A stretch of DNA of 43,799 bases from an uncultured Isosphaeraceae bacterium (lineage in GTDB: Bacteria > Planctomycetota > Phycisphaerae > Phycisphaerales > SM1A02): NCBI GenBank assembly GCA_964631295.1, contig CAZVXI010000001.1, positions 1 through 43,799 on the forward strand. The letters are read 5' to 3'. A model generated the notes under the pieces. It ran no database searches. It saw only the letters and a list, made by a program, of their open reading frames with translations, and was not told where the DNA came from. Shown piece after piece: positions 1 to 9,107 of the stretch. Made by a program: the position numbers and the translations under genes. The stretch's first letter is position 1. Every line of letters starts with the position of its first letter.

Positions 1-6
1 CCCGCC

Positions 7-147
7 CGTCATGCCTGCGAAAGCAGGCATCCACGAACCACAGTTGACTCCAACATATCAGTCATCCGTGGATTCCCACTTTCGTGGGAATGACGAAACC
101 CGCGTCATGCCTGCAGCAACCCGCGGGTAGAACCCGCTGCAAAGGGC
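7..147. repeat. Cluster of three REP-like palindromic units (short hairpins, GAAA loop)
   Basis: Unit 1 (7-35) reads CGTC-ATGCCTGC-GAAA-GCAGGCAT-CCACG. Unit 2 (61-95) is inverted and reads on the minus strand CGTC-ATTCCCAC-GAAA-GTGGGAAT-CCACG. Flanks and loop are the same, and both stem arms are changed in a compensatory way. Unit 3 (103-147) restarts with CGTCATGCCTGC, then GCAGC...GCTGC arms around the palindrome ACCCGCGGGT. It lies at the window edge, so the array may continue upstream. Confidence 0.5.
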
Positions 148-280
148 ACTGGCAGAGTTGGCAACTGCAGATATCACTTCACGCCCTTCCTGCGGCGTGT
201 CTGCTTTCTACGATGTGTCGATGGGCACACGTTCGCTGCCGATTCTGCAGATGGATGATGACCGCAGGGCGGGGACGCGG

Positions 281-2134
281 ATGGGCCGCCGCCGCGCGCT
301 GGTGCTGCTGCTGGTGCATGCGCTGATTGCGGTGCACATTGGCATGTACCTGTCGACTGGGAGTGCGATCGCGCCGCTCGAGCCGTCGGAGGCGAGTTTC
401 ACGATCAGCGAGGGGTTTATCAACGCGGGCGCGATCTTCTTTGTGCTGCTGATTCTCTCGACGCTGATCTTCGGGCGGTTCTTCTGCGGGTGGGCGTGCC
501 ATGTGGTGGCGTTGCAGGATGCCTGCCAGTGGGTGCTGATCAAGCTCGGGCTGCGGCCTGCTGCGATTCGTGCGCGGTTGCTCATGTTCGTGCCGCTGTT
601 CGCTGCGTTCTGGCTGTTCGGCCTGCCGATTGTCGAACGTGTGCAGAGCGCGATCGCAGGCGAGACCGGGCCGGAGCTGGCGTGGCATCTCACGACCGAT
701 GACTTCTGGCGGACATTCCCCGGGCCAGTGATGACGATCATCACGTTCGCGGTGTGCGGCTTTGTTGCGGTGATGGTGTTCGGCTCGAAGGGATTCTGCA
801 CGTACGGCTGCCCGTATGGGGGGATCTTCGCGGTGATGGATCGCGCTGCGCGCGGGCGGATTCGTGTGAATGACAACTGCGTGCAATCAGGCGAGTGCAC
901 GCGCAACTGTTCATCGGGCGTGGATGTTGCAAGCGAAGTCGCACAGTTCGGCATGGTGGTTGACCCCGGCTGCATGAAGTGCATGGACTGCGTTGCAGGG
1001 TGCCCGTCAGAAGCGCTGTCGTACAAACTCTCGAAGAAGACGCAGGCGAAGCCGAAGCGCAAGCCGGAGAAGCGCGTGTGGGACTTCTCGTGGGGTGAAG
1101 AGATTCTGATGGCGGTCGCGTTCGCGGGGTTCTTCATCATCTATAAGAATCTCTACCGACAGGTGCCGCTGCTGCTTGCGGTGGCGATCGCGGCGATCCT
1201 CGCGTACGCGCTGCTGCTGGCGGTGCGGCTGGTCAGGCGAAGTGATGTGAAGTTGCAGCGGATGGTGCTCCGCCGTGATGGGAGATACACAGCGGCTGGT
1301 TTTGGGTTTGCTGTGTTGATGGCAACGTTGCTGGCTTTCAGCGCGCATGGCGGGTTGATTCAGTGGCATACGAGCCGCTTCGCCGGGACATTCGATGAAG
1401 CGCAGCAGATGCACGCTGCGGGCAATCATCAGCAGCGTGATACATTGACAGTCGAAGCGCTCGAACATGCAAAGCGACTTGCTGCATTGTCGGCGATTCC
1501 GATCCGGGGTGTGCAGCGGATGGTTGGTGAGTTGCATCGCATGCAGGGATCGCTCGAGCAGGCGATTGCTTCTTTCGAGCGCGAGCGTGCGTTGTCTGAT
1601 CGCAGCATGTGGCTCAAGACTCAGCATGCGCTGGCGCTGCTCGAGGCAGGCCGGGCAGATGAAGCGCGGGCGCGCATGCGCGATGCGTTCGAGAAGAGTT
1701 ACCCGGCGAAGCAGCGTGTGATGTTTGCGGATACGGAACTGGAGCGCATCACACGGGAGACGCGCAATGGCGCAATCGGCAGGCCGCCGATCGATATGCG
1801 GCTGATGGTGCTCAGCGCAGCGAACCGGGATTACCCCGCGGATGCGATGATCGCTGTGCGGCTGTGTGATCTGCTGATGAGCGCGCCAGTGCCGACGGTG
1901 CGCGACCCGGCGCGAGCGCGGCAGGTGCTCGATGCGGTGATCGCTGCGGAACAGAGCGATGCGCAGGTGCTTGGCAGGCTGGCGGGCTTCGCCTCGATGG
2001 ATGGGAATCCGCAGCGAGCAGCGGAGCTTGCAGACCGGGCAGCAGTGTTGGCAGAGGCGGCAGGCGAGGCTGAGTTCGCCGCGGCAATGCGAGAAGATGC
2101 CGCCGCGTACCGACAGTATTCCAAACAAAAGTAA
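281..2134 (+). CDS. NapH/MauN-type polytopic 4Fe-4S membrane protein with a C-terminal helical (TPR-like) extension
   Basis: ORF 158-2134. I chose the ATG at 281 because MGRRRALVLLLVHALIAVHIGMY starts the first TM helix. There are several TM segments and cysteine motifs FFCGWACH, CTYGCPYGG, CVQSGECTRNC and CMKCMDCVAGCP. The last ~270 aa are Ala/Arg/Leu-rich and helical. Confidence 0.75.
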   Translation: MGRRRALVLLLVHALIAVHIGMYLSTGSAIAPLEPSEASFTISEGFINAGAIFFVLLILSTLIFGRFFCGWACHVVALQDACQWVLIKLGLRPAAIRARLLMFVPLFAAFWLFGLPIVERVQSAIAGETGPELAWHLTTDDFWRTFPGPVMTIITFAVCGFVAVMVFGSKGFCTYGCPYGGIFAVMDRAARGRIRVNDNCVQSGECTRNCSSGVDVASEVAQFGMVVDPGCMKCMDCVAGCPSEALSYKLSKKTQAKPKRKPEKRVWDFSWGEEILMAVAFAGFFIIYKNLYRQVPLLLAVAIAAILAYALLLAVRLVRRSDVKLQRMVLRRDGRYTAAGFGFAVLMATLLAFSAHGGLIQWHTSRFAGTFDEAQQMHAAGNHQQRDTLTVEALEHAKRLAALSAIPIRGVQRMVGELHRMQGSLEQAIASFERERALSDRSMWLKTQHALALLEAGRADEARARMRDAFEKSYPAKQRVMFADTELERITRETRNGAIGRPPIDMRLMVLSAANRDYPADAMIAVRLCDLLMSAPVPTVRDPARARQVLDAVIAAEQSDAQVLGRLAGFASMDGNPQRAAELADRAAVLAEAAGEAEFAAAMREDAAAYRQYSKQK

Positions 2135-2220
2135 CCACCTTGCTGACGGATACTTGTGCCCGGCAGGCGGACTGGTATCATGTGTCGTGGGTGGGGTTGA
2201 ACGAAGGAGGTTCTCGACTG

Positions 2221-3228
2221 ATGCGTTTCCAACACATACTCAGCGGGGTTGCTGCGCTGATCGTCGTCTCGCTGGCAAGTTCAGCGCGTGGGCAGGAAGT
2301 CTGCAACTGCGATTGCTACTTCTCGAGCGACTGTGGCACGGGTTTTACCTGCGATTACGGGCCGGGGAGTTTCACGGTTGAAGACATCTGCTGGTTCCGT
2401 GCACCCAAACCAAGTGGAACCCCCGGAGCCAACTGCGACGGTGATTTCGGAGACTGGGGCCAGTGCGATGGCAAGTGTGTGAGTTCGGTATCGCGCAGTT
2501 ACTTCTACTCGCAGGAAGAACGCACATCGATTCTCGCCGGGCTGTCCATCTGGGCAGACGCATTCACCGAGACATCACTCTCCGGCGGCGGCATTCCCGA
2601 TGCAAGCTATGAAGAAATGGTGTGGGATCTGCCATTTCGCGATGACACTGTGCCATACCGCCTCTGGCGATCAATCCTTGATGTGATGACGCTCGCCCGC
2701 GGAGCAGACTACATTGTGTTTCCCAAGGAACAGGGCCCGCTGCCACGCAACGTTGCTGTCCGTGATCTTTCATCGCAACCTGAGTTGGTGCTCAACGGCA
2801 TGCTTGCAATGAACTGCCTCCTCGCAGAGATTGAAGAAGTTGGGTCGGGATGGGAGTTCATCCGGCAGATTGATCCTGCGACACTGGTCGGTGGAGTACT
2901 CAATCGCATCTGCACGGAAGATGTTGCAGCAGGCGAGAAGGACTTGCGCCCATGCCTCTACGAGCAGATTGCCAAGATTGGGCTGCAGTATCGTCTCGCA
3001 GGAACGATGCGAGGGGTCGGAGATGGTCCAACGTGCCGTGGATGTGACGCAGATTGTGTCACGAACGACTCTGTCGACCTGGCTGATCTGCTGGCGGTCC
3101 TCTCCGACTGGGGCTCGGATGAGTTCCCTCTTGGGGATGTCAATCTTGACGGCTCCGTCGACTTGGCAGACCTCCTGATGGTGCTTTCCAACTGGGGTCC
3201 ATGCCTGCCCGAATCACCCGATGCGTGA
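2221..3228 (+). CDS. Secreted Cys-rich protein with two C-terminal dockerin-like segments
   Basis: GAAGGAGG (2203-2210) lies 10 nt before the ATG at 2221. Signal peptide MRFQHILSGVAALIVVSLASSARGQ. Cys-rich N-terminus (CNCDCYFSSDCGTGFTCDYG). The C-terminus reads NDSVDLADLLAVLSDWG...GDVNLDGSVDLADLLMVLSNWGPC. Confidence 0.8.
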   Translation: MRFQHILSGVAALIVVSLASSARGQEVCNCDCYFSSDCGTGFTCDYGPGSFTVEDICWFRAPKPSGTPGANCDGDFGDWGQCDGKCVSSVSRSYFYSQEERTSILAGLSIWADAFTETSLSGGGIPDASYEEMVWDLPFRDDTVPYRLWRSILDVMTLARGADYIVFPKEQGPLPRNVAVRDLSSQPELVLNGMLAMNCLLAEIEEVGSGWEFIRQIDPATLVGGVLNRICTEDVAAGEKDLRPCLYEQIAKIGLQYRLAGTMRGVGDGPTCRGCDADCVTNDSVDLADLLAVLSDWGSDEFPLGDVNLDGSVDLADLLMVLSNWGPCLPESPDA

Positions 3229-5008
3229 CCAGATGAACGCAACGCGCCGCAGAACGAACCAACAGCGATCACATTGCATTGCAATAGGATCGCTGTTGTT
3301 CTGCGCTGTCAGCGCGAATGCGCAATCGCCGGATGTCATGTTCCTGCCTTGTGATGACTGCGGCATCGGCGAGTACCAGATGGCGGCAGGGATGGGCGGC
3401 GGTGTTGGCGCGGCAGATGTCAATAATGACGGCCACATCGACTTGTTTGTTCCGACTGAAGCCGGCACGCCGCACCAGTTCTACCTCAACGATGGCGATG
3501 GAACATTCACCGACATCGCTGGTGCAGCCGGACTCGACTCGGCCGCGCAGGGGCGATGCGCTTTGTGGTTCGACGCGGACTGCGATGGGGACCTTGACCT
3601 GGTCGTCGCGAACGACGACCCGGCTGAGCTGAGCACCTACCGCCTCTACGAGCAGACGGCGCCGCTCATGTTTGCTGATGCAACGGAGAGTGCCGGCCTG
3701 TTCATGCCGTTGCCTGCGCCGTTGCACCCGGGTGATCCGCCGCACCGCGGTGGGATGGTAGCGGGTGATCTCAACAACGATGGTGCACTCGATCTTGTCA
3801 CGTGCCTGTGGAACGGCCAGCCACAGGTGTTTCTCAATGATGGCGCAGGTGGGTTTGCAGATATCTCAGCAACGGCAGGCGTGGTGAGTTCAGTCGACTA
3901 TCCGTGGCAGCCAGTGCTGTTCGACGTTAATCGCGATGGGTGGATTGATATATACCTTGCGGTCGACTTTCGATGGAATGGGCTGTTCATCAACCAGGGC
4001 AACAACACATTTGTTGATATTGCACCAGCGGCACACGCAGACAGTGCGTGGAACGATATGGGGATTGCACTGGGCGATCACGATCGCGATGGTGACCAGG
4101 ACATCTACATTACCAACATCACCGCGCCCGGCACACACAACGTATTGCTGCGAAATCAATCGATTGATTCATCGGTCGACTTTGTCGAAAGCTCTCAGCC
4201 GCTCGACGTGGATGATGGCGGCTGGGGCTGGGGGTGTACCTTCATCGACATTGATAACGACGGCTGGCAGGACATCGCTGCCACGAACGGCTGGCACTCT
4301 GCATCCTTCGCCGAGGATGAGTCGCGGTTGTTCTGGAATCGTCTTGGCGAGGAAGTTGAGACCTTCGCGGATGTATCCGCAGCGGTCGCGTTCGATGATG
4401 TTGACTGGGGCAGTTGCCTGATCGCAGCAGATTTGGATCGTGATGGCAGACAGGACCTCGTGCAGACGTGCAACGATGGCCCGCTGCGCATCCTTATGAA
4501 TCGCCGGCCGCCAGCGCGCGGCGATTTGGCTGACACAGCGCACTGGATCACGATCCAACCGAGAACGGCGGCAGGCACGGGTCCCGCGATCGGCGCGGAG
4601 GTGACTGTGGAGATCGCGGGGGAACCGCCTCTGACGCGCATTATCACCGCGGGCACGAGCTTCCTCGGGCAGGAGCCTGCAGAAGCACACTTCGGGCTGG
4701 GAATGCATGGCATCGTTGATCGTGTGGAGGTGCGCTGGCTGGACGGCACATGCAGTGAACGAACCAACGTTGCCGCTGGGCAAGTGCTTGTCGTCACAGA
4801 CGACGATGTGTGTGTGACGACGCACCCCGCTGATGTGGACAGCAGCGGCTCGGTCGGCCTTGGTGATCTGCTCACTGTGCTCGCCAACTGGGGTACCTGC
4901 GAATCGTGTGATCTCTGCCCGAGTGACTTCACCGGACCGGCTGGCACACCGGACTGCGACGTGAATGGAAATGAACTTGTAGCTGTCCTGCTCAACTGGG
5001 GCCAATGA
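3221..5008 (+). CDS. FG-GAP/VCBS repeat protein of the CRTAC1 (ASPIC/UnbV) type with a dockerin-like tail
   Basis: Overlaps the previous gene by 8 nt. N-terminal signal-like segment. Repeated D.N.DG..D.... FG-GAP calcium-loop motifs (DVNNDGHIDLF, DADCDGDLDLVV, DLNNDGALDLV, DHDRDGDQDIYI, DIDNDGWQDI, DLDRDGRQDLV). UnbV/ASPIC-like GTSFLGQEPAEAHFGLG...VEVRWLDG. C-terminus DVDSSGSVGLGDLLTVLANWGTC...CDVNGNELVAVLLNWGQ. Confidence 0.85.
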   Translation: MRDQMNATRRRTNQQRSHCIAIGSLLFCAVSANAQSPDVMFLPCDDCGIGEYQMAAGMGGGVGAADVNNDGHIDLFVPTEAGTPHQFYLNDGDGTFTDIAGAAGLDSAAQGRCALWFDADCDGDLDLVVANDDPAELSTYRLYEQTAPLMFADATESAGLFMPLPAPLHPGDPPHRGGMVAGDLNNDGALDLVTCLWNGQPQVFLNDGAGGFADISATAGVVSSVDYPWQPVLFDVNRDGWIDIYLAVDFRWNGLFINQGNNTFVDIAPAAHADSAWNDMGIALGDHDRDGDQDIYITNITAPGTHNVLLRNQSIDSSVDFVESSQPLDVDDGGWGWGCTFIDIDNDGWQDIAATNGWHSASFAEDESRLFWNRLGEEVETFADVSAAVAFDDVDWGSCLIAADLDRDGRQDLVQTCNDGPLRILMNRRPPARGDLADTAHWITIQPRTAAGTGPAIGAEVTVEIAGEPPLTRIITAGTSFLGQEPAEAHFGLGMHGIVDRVEVRWLDGTCSERTNVAAGQVLVVTDDDVCVTTHPADVDSSGSVGLGDLLTVLANWGTCESCDLCPSDFTGPAGTPDCDVNGNELVAVLLNWGQ

Positions 5009-5032
5009 CGCTCTCTGCCTTATACTGCGGCG

Positions 5033-5974
5033 ATGAACAGTGACACGTGTGTCGTCGGAATCGACCTCGGCGGCACAAACATGCAGGCCGTGGTTGTCGA
5101 CAGCGCGAACGCCGTGCTCGGTCATATCCACTGCTCGACAAGCCCGCATCGTGGCGTGGATGCCGTCATTGATGACATCATCGCGGCAGCGAGCGAAGCG
5201 ATTGAGAAGGCCGGCGTCAAACCCGATGCGATCGCCGCACTGGGGATTGCGGCGCCTGGCGCGATTGATATGCACAGCGGCATTGTGCTGGAGGCACCGA
5301 ATCTCGGTTGGATCAACGTGCCACTGCGAGACACTCTGCGTGACCGAACCGGCCTGGAAGTTGTCGTCGAGAATGATGTGAATGCAGCCGCCTGGGGCGC
5401 GTTCACGCTGGGTGCCGGGCAGGGATATTCAGACGGGATGGCTGTGTGGGTTGGAACGGGTGTCGGCGGCGGGATCATCCTCGGCGGGAAGTTGTTCCAT
5501 GGCGCAGCACACTCGGGTGGCGAAATCGGCCAGACGCTCGTCGCCCCGAATGCACGCATACTCGAACATCATGCCGGACGCATCGGTATGACGCGCCTTG
5601 CTCGCGAATGGGCGACTGATCATCCCGACTCGATCTTGCAACCGCACATCCGCAGCGAAGAGCAGGTTCCCACCGATGCGATCGCTGCTGCACTCGAAGC
5701 TGGCGACAAACTTGCCGAGCGCATTGTTGCTGATGCAGCGTTGCACCTCGGGACAGCGATTGCAAACTGTGTCACGTTGCTCGGACTTGAGGTCGTCGTG
5801 ATTGGCGGTGGCATCACCGAGACGCTCGGGGAGCGACTGCTCGATCCGGCGCGCGCAGCGTTTCGAAGCGCTGTATTTCCGAAGTCGGCAGGCGACACCC
5901 CGCTCCTGAGCACTGCACTGGCATCATCTGCCGGCACACTTGGCGCAGCCATGCTCGCTCGCGAGATTGCCTGA
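5033..5974 (+). CDS. ROK-family protein (sugar kinase-like)
   Basis: N-terminal VGIDLGGTN ATP-binding motif, ENDVNAAAWG and GTGVGGGIILGGKLFHG...GGEIG. The usual ROK zinc motif (GH...CxCGxxGC) is absent (GEIGQTLVAPNARILEHH), so sugar specificity and even kinase activity are uncertain. Confidence 0.8.
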   Translation: MNSDTCVVGIDLGGTNMQAVVVDSANAVLGHIHCSTSPHRGVDAVIDDIIAAASEAIEKAGVKPDAIAALGIAAPGAIDMHSGIVLEAPNLGWINVPLRDTLRDRTGLEVVVENDVNAAAWGAFTLGAGQGYSDGMAVWVGTGVGGGIILGGKLFHGAAHSGGEIGQTLVAPNARILEHHAGRIGMTRLAREWATDHPDSILQPHIRSEEQVPTDAIAAALEAGDKLAERIVADAALHLGTAIANCVTLLGLEVVVIGGGITETLGERLLDPARAAFRSAVFPKSAGDTPLLSTALASSAGTLGAAMLAREIA

Positions 5975-5982
5975 TGGAGAGA

Positions 5983-6507
5983 TCAGTCCTGCGAGTCGAA
6001 TCGCAGTTGCCCAGCGAACGCCGCCATTCGTCCGGTGAACGCCTCGAGCAGCCTTCTCGAATGTTTCGCGTTTTCCTCTCGGTCCGGAAAGAGCCCGATC
6101 GTGGCCGATGCGTTCCATATCTCGGATGCCGGTGCCGGCCTCACGACGAGTCGCCCTGGTCGTTCATCAAGAGTCATCAACGCAAACTCCCAGGAACCCG
6201 AAACCCGCGTCTGCGAGACAATGGCGAGTTCAGCATCGGCGACGGCCCAGGCCGCAGCACGCGGGACATCAATCCAACGGCCGCGAGCCGGGCCACGCTT
6301 CGGCGGGTCGGTTGCCTCATAATCGGCCACAAGACCCGCCAGTGCGCGTCGGATCTCGCTTGCGTGGACGTCTTCGACCGGCCTTGCGATGGCCTGATGC
6401 TCGCCTGTTGCACGTTGATTCGTCTCGACAGGCCGATATTGCGTCGGACCGCCGCAGCCCACCAGTGCTACCCCTGCCGCCAGGATTATCACGCCGAAAT
6501 GACGCAC
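5983..6507 (-). CDS. Hypothetical lipoprotein
   Basis: Lies within the long ORF 5983-6741. A GTG at 6507 is preceded by GGGAGA (6 nt spacer) and gives VRHFGVIILAAGVALVGC with a lipobox (LVGC). The 78 residues upstream in the long ORF look non-coding. Convergent with the ROK gene, 8 nt apart. Confidence 0.55.
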   Translation of the reverse strand: MRHFGVIILAAGVALVGCGGPTQYRPVETNQRATGEHQAIARPVEDVHASEIRRALAGLVADYEATDPPKRGPARGRWIDVPRAAAWAVADAELAIVSQTRVSGSWEFALMTLDERPGRLVVRPAPASEIWNASATIGLFPDREENAKHSRRLLEAFTGRMAAFAGQLRFDSQD

Positions 6508-6770
6508 AATTGATCTCCCGCCGATATTACACGATCGTGCTGATAACGCACTGCATTTCCAGACGATTGTCCGCGATAATGAACGAATATCCCTGTGAAG
6601 CCTGTGGTTCATCGGAGGTGCAGACGGTGTTTCCGGGGCAGTGTGCAATGGGTACTGGCACGAATTGCAGAACGTCTGTTTCATTGCGGGACCGAAGCCG
6701 ATATTGTTTCGATCTTCTCGGCTCACAGGTCGATTGTCCATGATACTTCAAGCGTCTGGAGACGCGGCCC

Positions 6771-9107
6771 ATGGCTCGCAACACACGGCGAACAACGCAG
6801 GCGAAGTCCGCAAAGAGGCGCGAAGTCGTCGGTCGGCGAAACCCGCGGCCAACGCTCAGTGTCGCGGCACTGCTTGCACGGCCTGAGTATCTGTATGGCA
6901 TCGCCTCGCTGGTCGTGCTCGTGCTTGTCGGCGGCTTCATCGTTAATCTCTCGCGCGAGCGCATCATAGAGCAACTCGGCGAGGTCATGCCCACCACGCG
7001 CTTGCACCGACTCGACTTTCAGGTTCCCGATGAGAGCGCGACCGACAAGCGGCGTGAAGAAGCAAGGAAATCTGCCCCACAGGTCTACAAGCTCAATACC
7101 CTCTATCTCGAGCGAATCAGCGCCTCGTTGAACGGTCTGCCCAAGGCTGTCACCGGCAAGACCGACATCAATGAGGTCAGCGAAGAACTGCGCACACAGT
7201 TCTCACTCACCAACACTGATCTGGAAGCACTCCAACGCTACGCGGTTGACGGCGAGACAACACAGCGATGGAAGGACCGCGTGTCGCGCCTCGTCAATGA
7301 GATACTCCCTGCATATCCCTTGCTCGCATCCGATGTGTACCAGAACTACTGGGCAGCCCGGGAATACTCTGCTTCGCTGGAACGCATCATCCAACGCGCA
7401 GATGGTACGCGGTTGAGTATTTCAGGCGATGCTGCTGAACTTCGCGCTGAGATTGATGAACGCACGCGACGACACCTCCGTGATACAGCAATCGATGCCG
7501 GGTTCACCACCAACACATGGCCGGTGATTGTCGCCCGCTTGCTCTACGAGCCGCAGCCCACGCTTCTGTTCGATCAGGAAGCGACCGCCCAACTTGCAGA
7601 GCAGGCGGCCGCTGCTGTAGAGACGCAATACACACAACATGAACGTGGTGGAATTGTCTACCGCCGTGGCGATGTCCTGAACACACAGCAATATCAGAAT
7701 CTGCTAAACGAAACTGCGGAGTTTGATGCCCAGGCGTCGGTCTGGCAACGATGGACTCCACGCGTCGGCGTGTGCGGACTCCTGCTGATCATCAGCGTGC
7801 TGCTTGGCGCGTACATCGCGTTGTTTCACCCGCGGATTGTGCTCAATCCTCTGCGCGTGGCAGCAATCTGTGGAGTTATGGTGCTGATGCTGACACTCGC
7901 GGTGTTGATCTCACCGAAGCTGCCGTATGTCGCTGCGATCGCACCCACATTGTTCGTTTCCGTCGTTGTGCTGCTCGCCTATGAGCAGCGGCTTGCGTTC
8001 TTCATCAGTGCGCTGCAAGCAACCATGGTCACCTTCGCGCTTGATGCAGGGCTCGGCTTGCTCTTGCTCCAACTCGTGGGAAGTGGAACATTTATCGCGT
8101 TGTTGCGCGATGTTCGCCATCGCAACACGTTGATTCATGCCGCGGGCATCACGTCGATTGCTGTTTGTTTCGGCACGTTGCTGCACGGTGCTGTCGAGCT
8201 GCCGGTCACCAGCGAGGCGGTGCGGCAGGTCGGCGAGGGTGCTGTCTGGGCGATGGTCAGTGCGCTCGGTGTCGGCTTCGTTGTGCTCGGTATCCTTCCG
8301 ACTGTTGAACAGATATTCGATATCACGACAGGCATGACGCTTGCAGAACTGCGCGACCCGAAGCAGCCGCTGCTGCGTCAACTACAACAGAAGGCGCCTG
8401 GCACCTATAACCACTCGCTGCAGGTTGCGAACATCGCCGAAGCTGCAGCCGAGGCGATCGGCGCGAACGGCCTGCTCGTCTATGTCGGTGCGATGTATCA
8501 TGACATCGGCAAGCTCAACAAGCCGGAGTACTTCGTTGAGAACCAGGCATCAGGCAATAACAAACACGAGAAACTCAGCCCGGCGATGAGTCTGCTTGTC
8601 ATCATCGGGCATGTGAAGGACGGCGTCGAACTGGCCAAAGAGTACCGTCTGCCGCGCACGATTATCCAGTTCATCGAGACACACCACGGCACGACGCTTG
8701 TCGAGTACTTCTACCACGCCGCCAAGTCTGCAGCCGAAGATGGCGACAAGAGCGCAGTCGATGAAGTCTCATTCCGTTACCCGGGGCCGAAACCGCGCAC
8801 AAAGGAAGCGGCAATTTTGATGCTTTCCGACGCTGTGGAATCAGCGACGCGTGCGATGGCAGAGCCGAGTCCGGGAAAAATCGAACAACTGGTACGCGCC
8901 CTCTCGAAGAAGCGGCTCGAAGACGGCCAGTTCTCACAATGCGATCTTACCTTCGGTGAACTGCATCGCATTGAAGAAGCGATCATCAGTCGCATGTGTG
9001 CGATCCACCACAGTCGTATCGCTTATCCATCAACTGACAAGTCCGCTGCGCGCGAGAGCAAGGCGTCCTCAACTTCTGCCGATCGCCCCAAAGCAGCGTC
9101 CGCGTAG
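6771..9107 (+). CDS. pgpH: 7TM receptor with intracellular HD (HDIG) hydrolase domain, PgpH/YqfF-type (c-di-AMP phosphodiesterase family)
   Basis: N-terminal TM helix, a large extracytoplasmic domain, then a 7-helix membrane block, then LQVANIAEAAA...MYHDIGKLNKPEYFVENQ...GHVKDG...FIETHHGTTLVEYFY...MLSDAVESA, which is characteristic of the 7TMR-HD/HDIG family. Confidence 0.88.
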   Translation: MARNTRRTTQAKSAKRREVVGRRNPRPTLSVAALLARPEYLYGIASLVVLVLVGGFIVNLSRERIIEQLGEVMPTTRLHRLDFQVPDESATDKRREEARKSAPQVYKLNTLYLERISASLNGLPKAVTGKTDINEVSEELRTQFSLTNTDLEALQRYAVDGETTQRWKDRVSRLVNEILPAYPLLASDVYQNYWAAREYSASLERIIQRADGTRLSISGDAAELRAEIDERTRRHLRDTAIDAGFTTNTWPVIVARLLYEPQPTLLFDQEATAQLAEQAAAAVETQYTQHERGGIVYRRGDVLNTQQYQNLLNETAEFDAQASVWQRWTPRVGVCGLLLIISVLLGAYIALFHPRIVLNPLRVAAICGVMVLMLTLAVLISPKLPYVAAIAPTLFVSVVVLLAYEQRLAFFISALQATMVTFALDAGLGLLLLQLVGSGTFIALLRDVRHRNTLIHAAGITSIAVCFGTLLHGAVELPVTSEAVRQVGEGAVWAMVSALGVGFVVLGILPTVEQIFDITTGMTLAELRDPKQPLLRQLQQKAPGTYNHSLQVANIAEAAAEAIGANGLLVYVGAMYHDIGKLNKPEYFVENQASGNNKHEKLSPAMSLLVIIGHVKDGVELAKEYRLPRTIIQFIETHHGTTLVEYFYHAAKSAAEDGDKSAVDEVSFRYPGPKPRTKEAAILMLSDAVESATRAMAEPSPGKIEQLVRALSKKRLEDGQFSQCDLTFGELHRIEEAIISRMCAIHHSRIAYPSTDKSAARESKASSTSADRPKAASA

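Noticed and set aside
84-326. An 80-aa ORF, and the 41-codon N-terminal extension (158-280) of the first gene.
   Set aside because: It overlaps the REP-like hairpins, is rich in Cys/Arg/Trp typical of out-of-frame GC-rich DNA, and the FeS membrane protein has a sensible start at 281.
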